Shown: piece after piece, positions 63,001 to 64,000 of the stretch | Numbering within the stretch: position 1 is the stretch's first letter | How the letters are laid out: the number at the start of each line of letters is the position of its first letter | Assembly: GCA_965178125.1 (NCBI GenBank) | Contig: OZ237773.1 | Coordinates: 1-64,000, forward strand | Direction: 5' to 3' | Source: Bilabrum cf. latius | Taxonomy: Eukaryota | DNA length: 64,000 nt | Notes under the pieces: generated by a model | Told to the model about the DNA's origin: nothing | The model's input: the letters and a program-made list of their open reading frames with translations, nothing else | The model's database searches: none | Made by a program: the position numbers and the translations under genes

Positions 63001-64000
63001 GCCCACTGGCGCATCCGTGGCGCCCTCAGTGTTGGTATCAGTGACGGAGGGCAGCTCGCCTGCCTCACCCGGGGTCATGCCCAGAGTGCGGCAGCATTCG
63101 CTGATTTTCTTCCACACTCGGCCCACGACAGCTCTCAGGGACCCCTAGATGCCACACCCAGCACTTCTTGCCGCATCTCTCTGCCTCTGTCTCGCTTTAC
63201 CGCGATCGGCCGATCCTGCGGCCCCGAGCCCGGGCCCAGACCCAGCTCTCGGCCCAGCAGCCGACCCATCCACGCTGAGTCCGAGCGACTCCGAATCCTT
63301 CCCGCCTTGTTCCTCGGCGTCCTGGTCCTCCTCCAGCAGGACCAGCGCAAAGGCGGCCCGAACCACCCCGTTGCTGCAGTGCAGTGCATCCGCGATGTCC
63401 CCCAGGCCGGGAGGCAGGGCCAGCAGCGCCGCCTCGCTCCCTGCGGCGGCCGCCCCCTGCAGCAGGCCACGTTCCGTTTCATCGGTCTCTTCAGGCTGAT
63501 TTGCCTGCAAAATGCCGGACCTGGCGCCCATCTCAGTCGCCGCACCGATTGGCGCGTCGAATGTGAGGTCACTCGCGTCATCGTGGCCAAAGTCACTGCC
63601 CCCGTCATGGCCAGCCCCACTGGTCGGGCTCAAACCACCCAGCGCGCCGGCCCGTGGCTGTATGATTGTAGCAACCACATCAGCGCATGCCCGCACCACC
63701 ACGCAAGTCCGTTCCTCCCTCGAAAGCGGAACCAAGGATTGCGCGGCGCCGCTTCGCCTGCCCTCGAGCGATTGCGCGCCGACCCTGGCTGCCCTGACGA
63801 TCGCGTCGCAGGAACCCTCCGTGTCGTTTGTTCCCTGGGGAACAGAGGCCTCCCGGGTCCCGTCTCCGCGCAGCACAGCGGCCCCGGCAGCCGCCGCCGC
63901 CTCTGGCTCCGGCCCGCACAGATCCGCCAGGAGAGCGGAGGCGGCTGGCCGAAGGGCTTGAGCGCCAGCGCGCGTGGCAAGCCAGCCCGCGTATCGCGCC
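54052..64000 (-). CDS. THADA: THADA/Trm732 family armadillo protein (DUF2428), 5' end outside the window
   Basis: GWMVCKEA, HMGAV, LRRSGGL, RIHALTLL, GFRSSRWPVRNAALMLF and PVLLLFSRL. About 10 kb single frame joined only by TAG codons; ends TGA 54052-54054. Confidence 0.85.
60395..60444. repeat. (TTGCCC)n coding microsatellite giving poly-KG in THADA
   Basis: About 8 copies of TTGCCC, translating as KGKGKGKGKG on the minus strand. Confidence 0.85.

Noticed and set aside
29370-63961. Many long antisense or alternative-frame ORFs (e.g. 40585-42114, 41442-42644, 58727-59731, 61040-62464)
   Set aside because: Shadows of GC-rich coding sequence on the other strand, with no recognisable motifs.

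Overview
Left end of a chromosome from a gene-dense, GC-rich, flagellated microbial eukaryote. A (CCCTAA)n telomere (1-~1040) and a 43-bp subtelomeric minisatellite are followed by about 16 tightly packed protein-coding genes with few short GT-AG introns. They include a mitochondrial carrier, a JmjC protein, RPS21, Tectonic, a kinesin, BRF1, MCM4, CDC45, TMEM67/meckelin, CCDC39, a Lon-protease-like protein, a long TPR-array protein and THADA/Trm732 (5'-truncated by the window). The main result is a non-standard nuclear genetic code. Almost every gene is broken into same-frame ORF pieces joined only by TAG, and these TAGs sit at conserved Gln positions or alternate with CAG between repeat copies. 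In my reconstructions genes end in TGA (13) or TAA (3) and never TAG. The best reading is UAG=Gln with UAA and UGA retained as stops, an uncommon decoupling of the two UAR codons. All gene models were made by eye with TAG read as Gln; family calls come from remembered motifs, not database searches.
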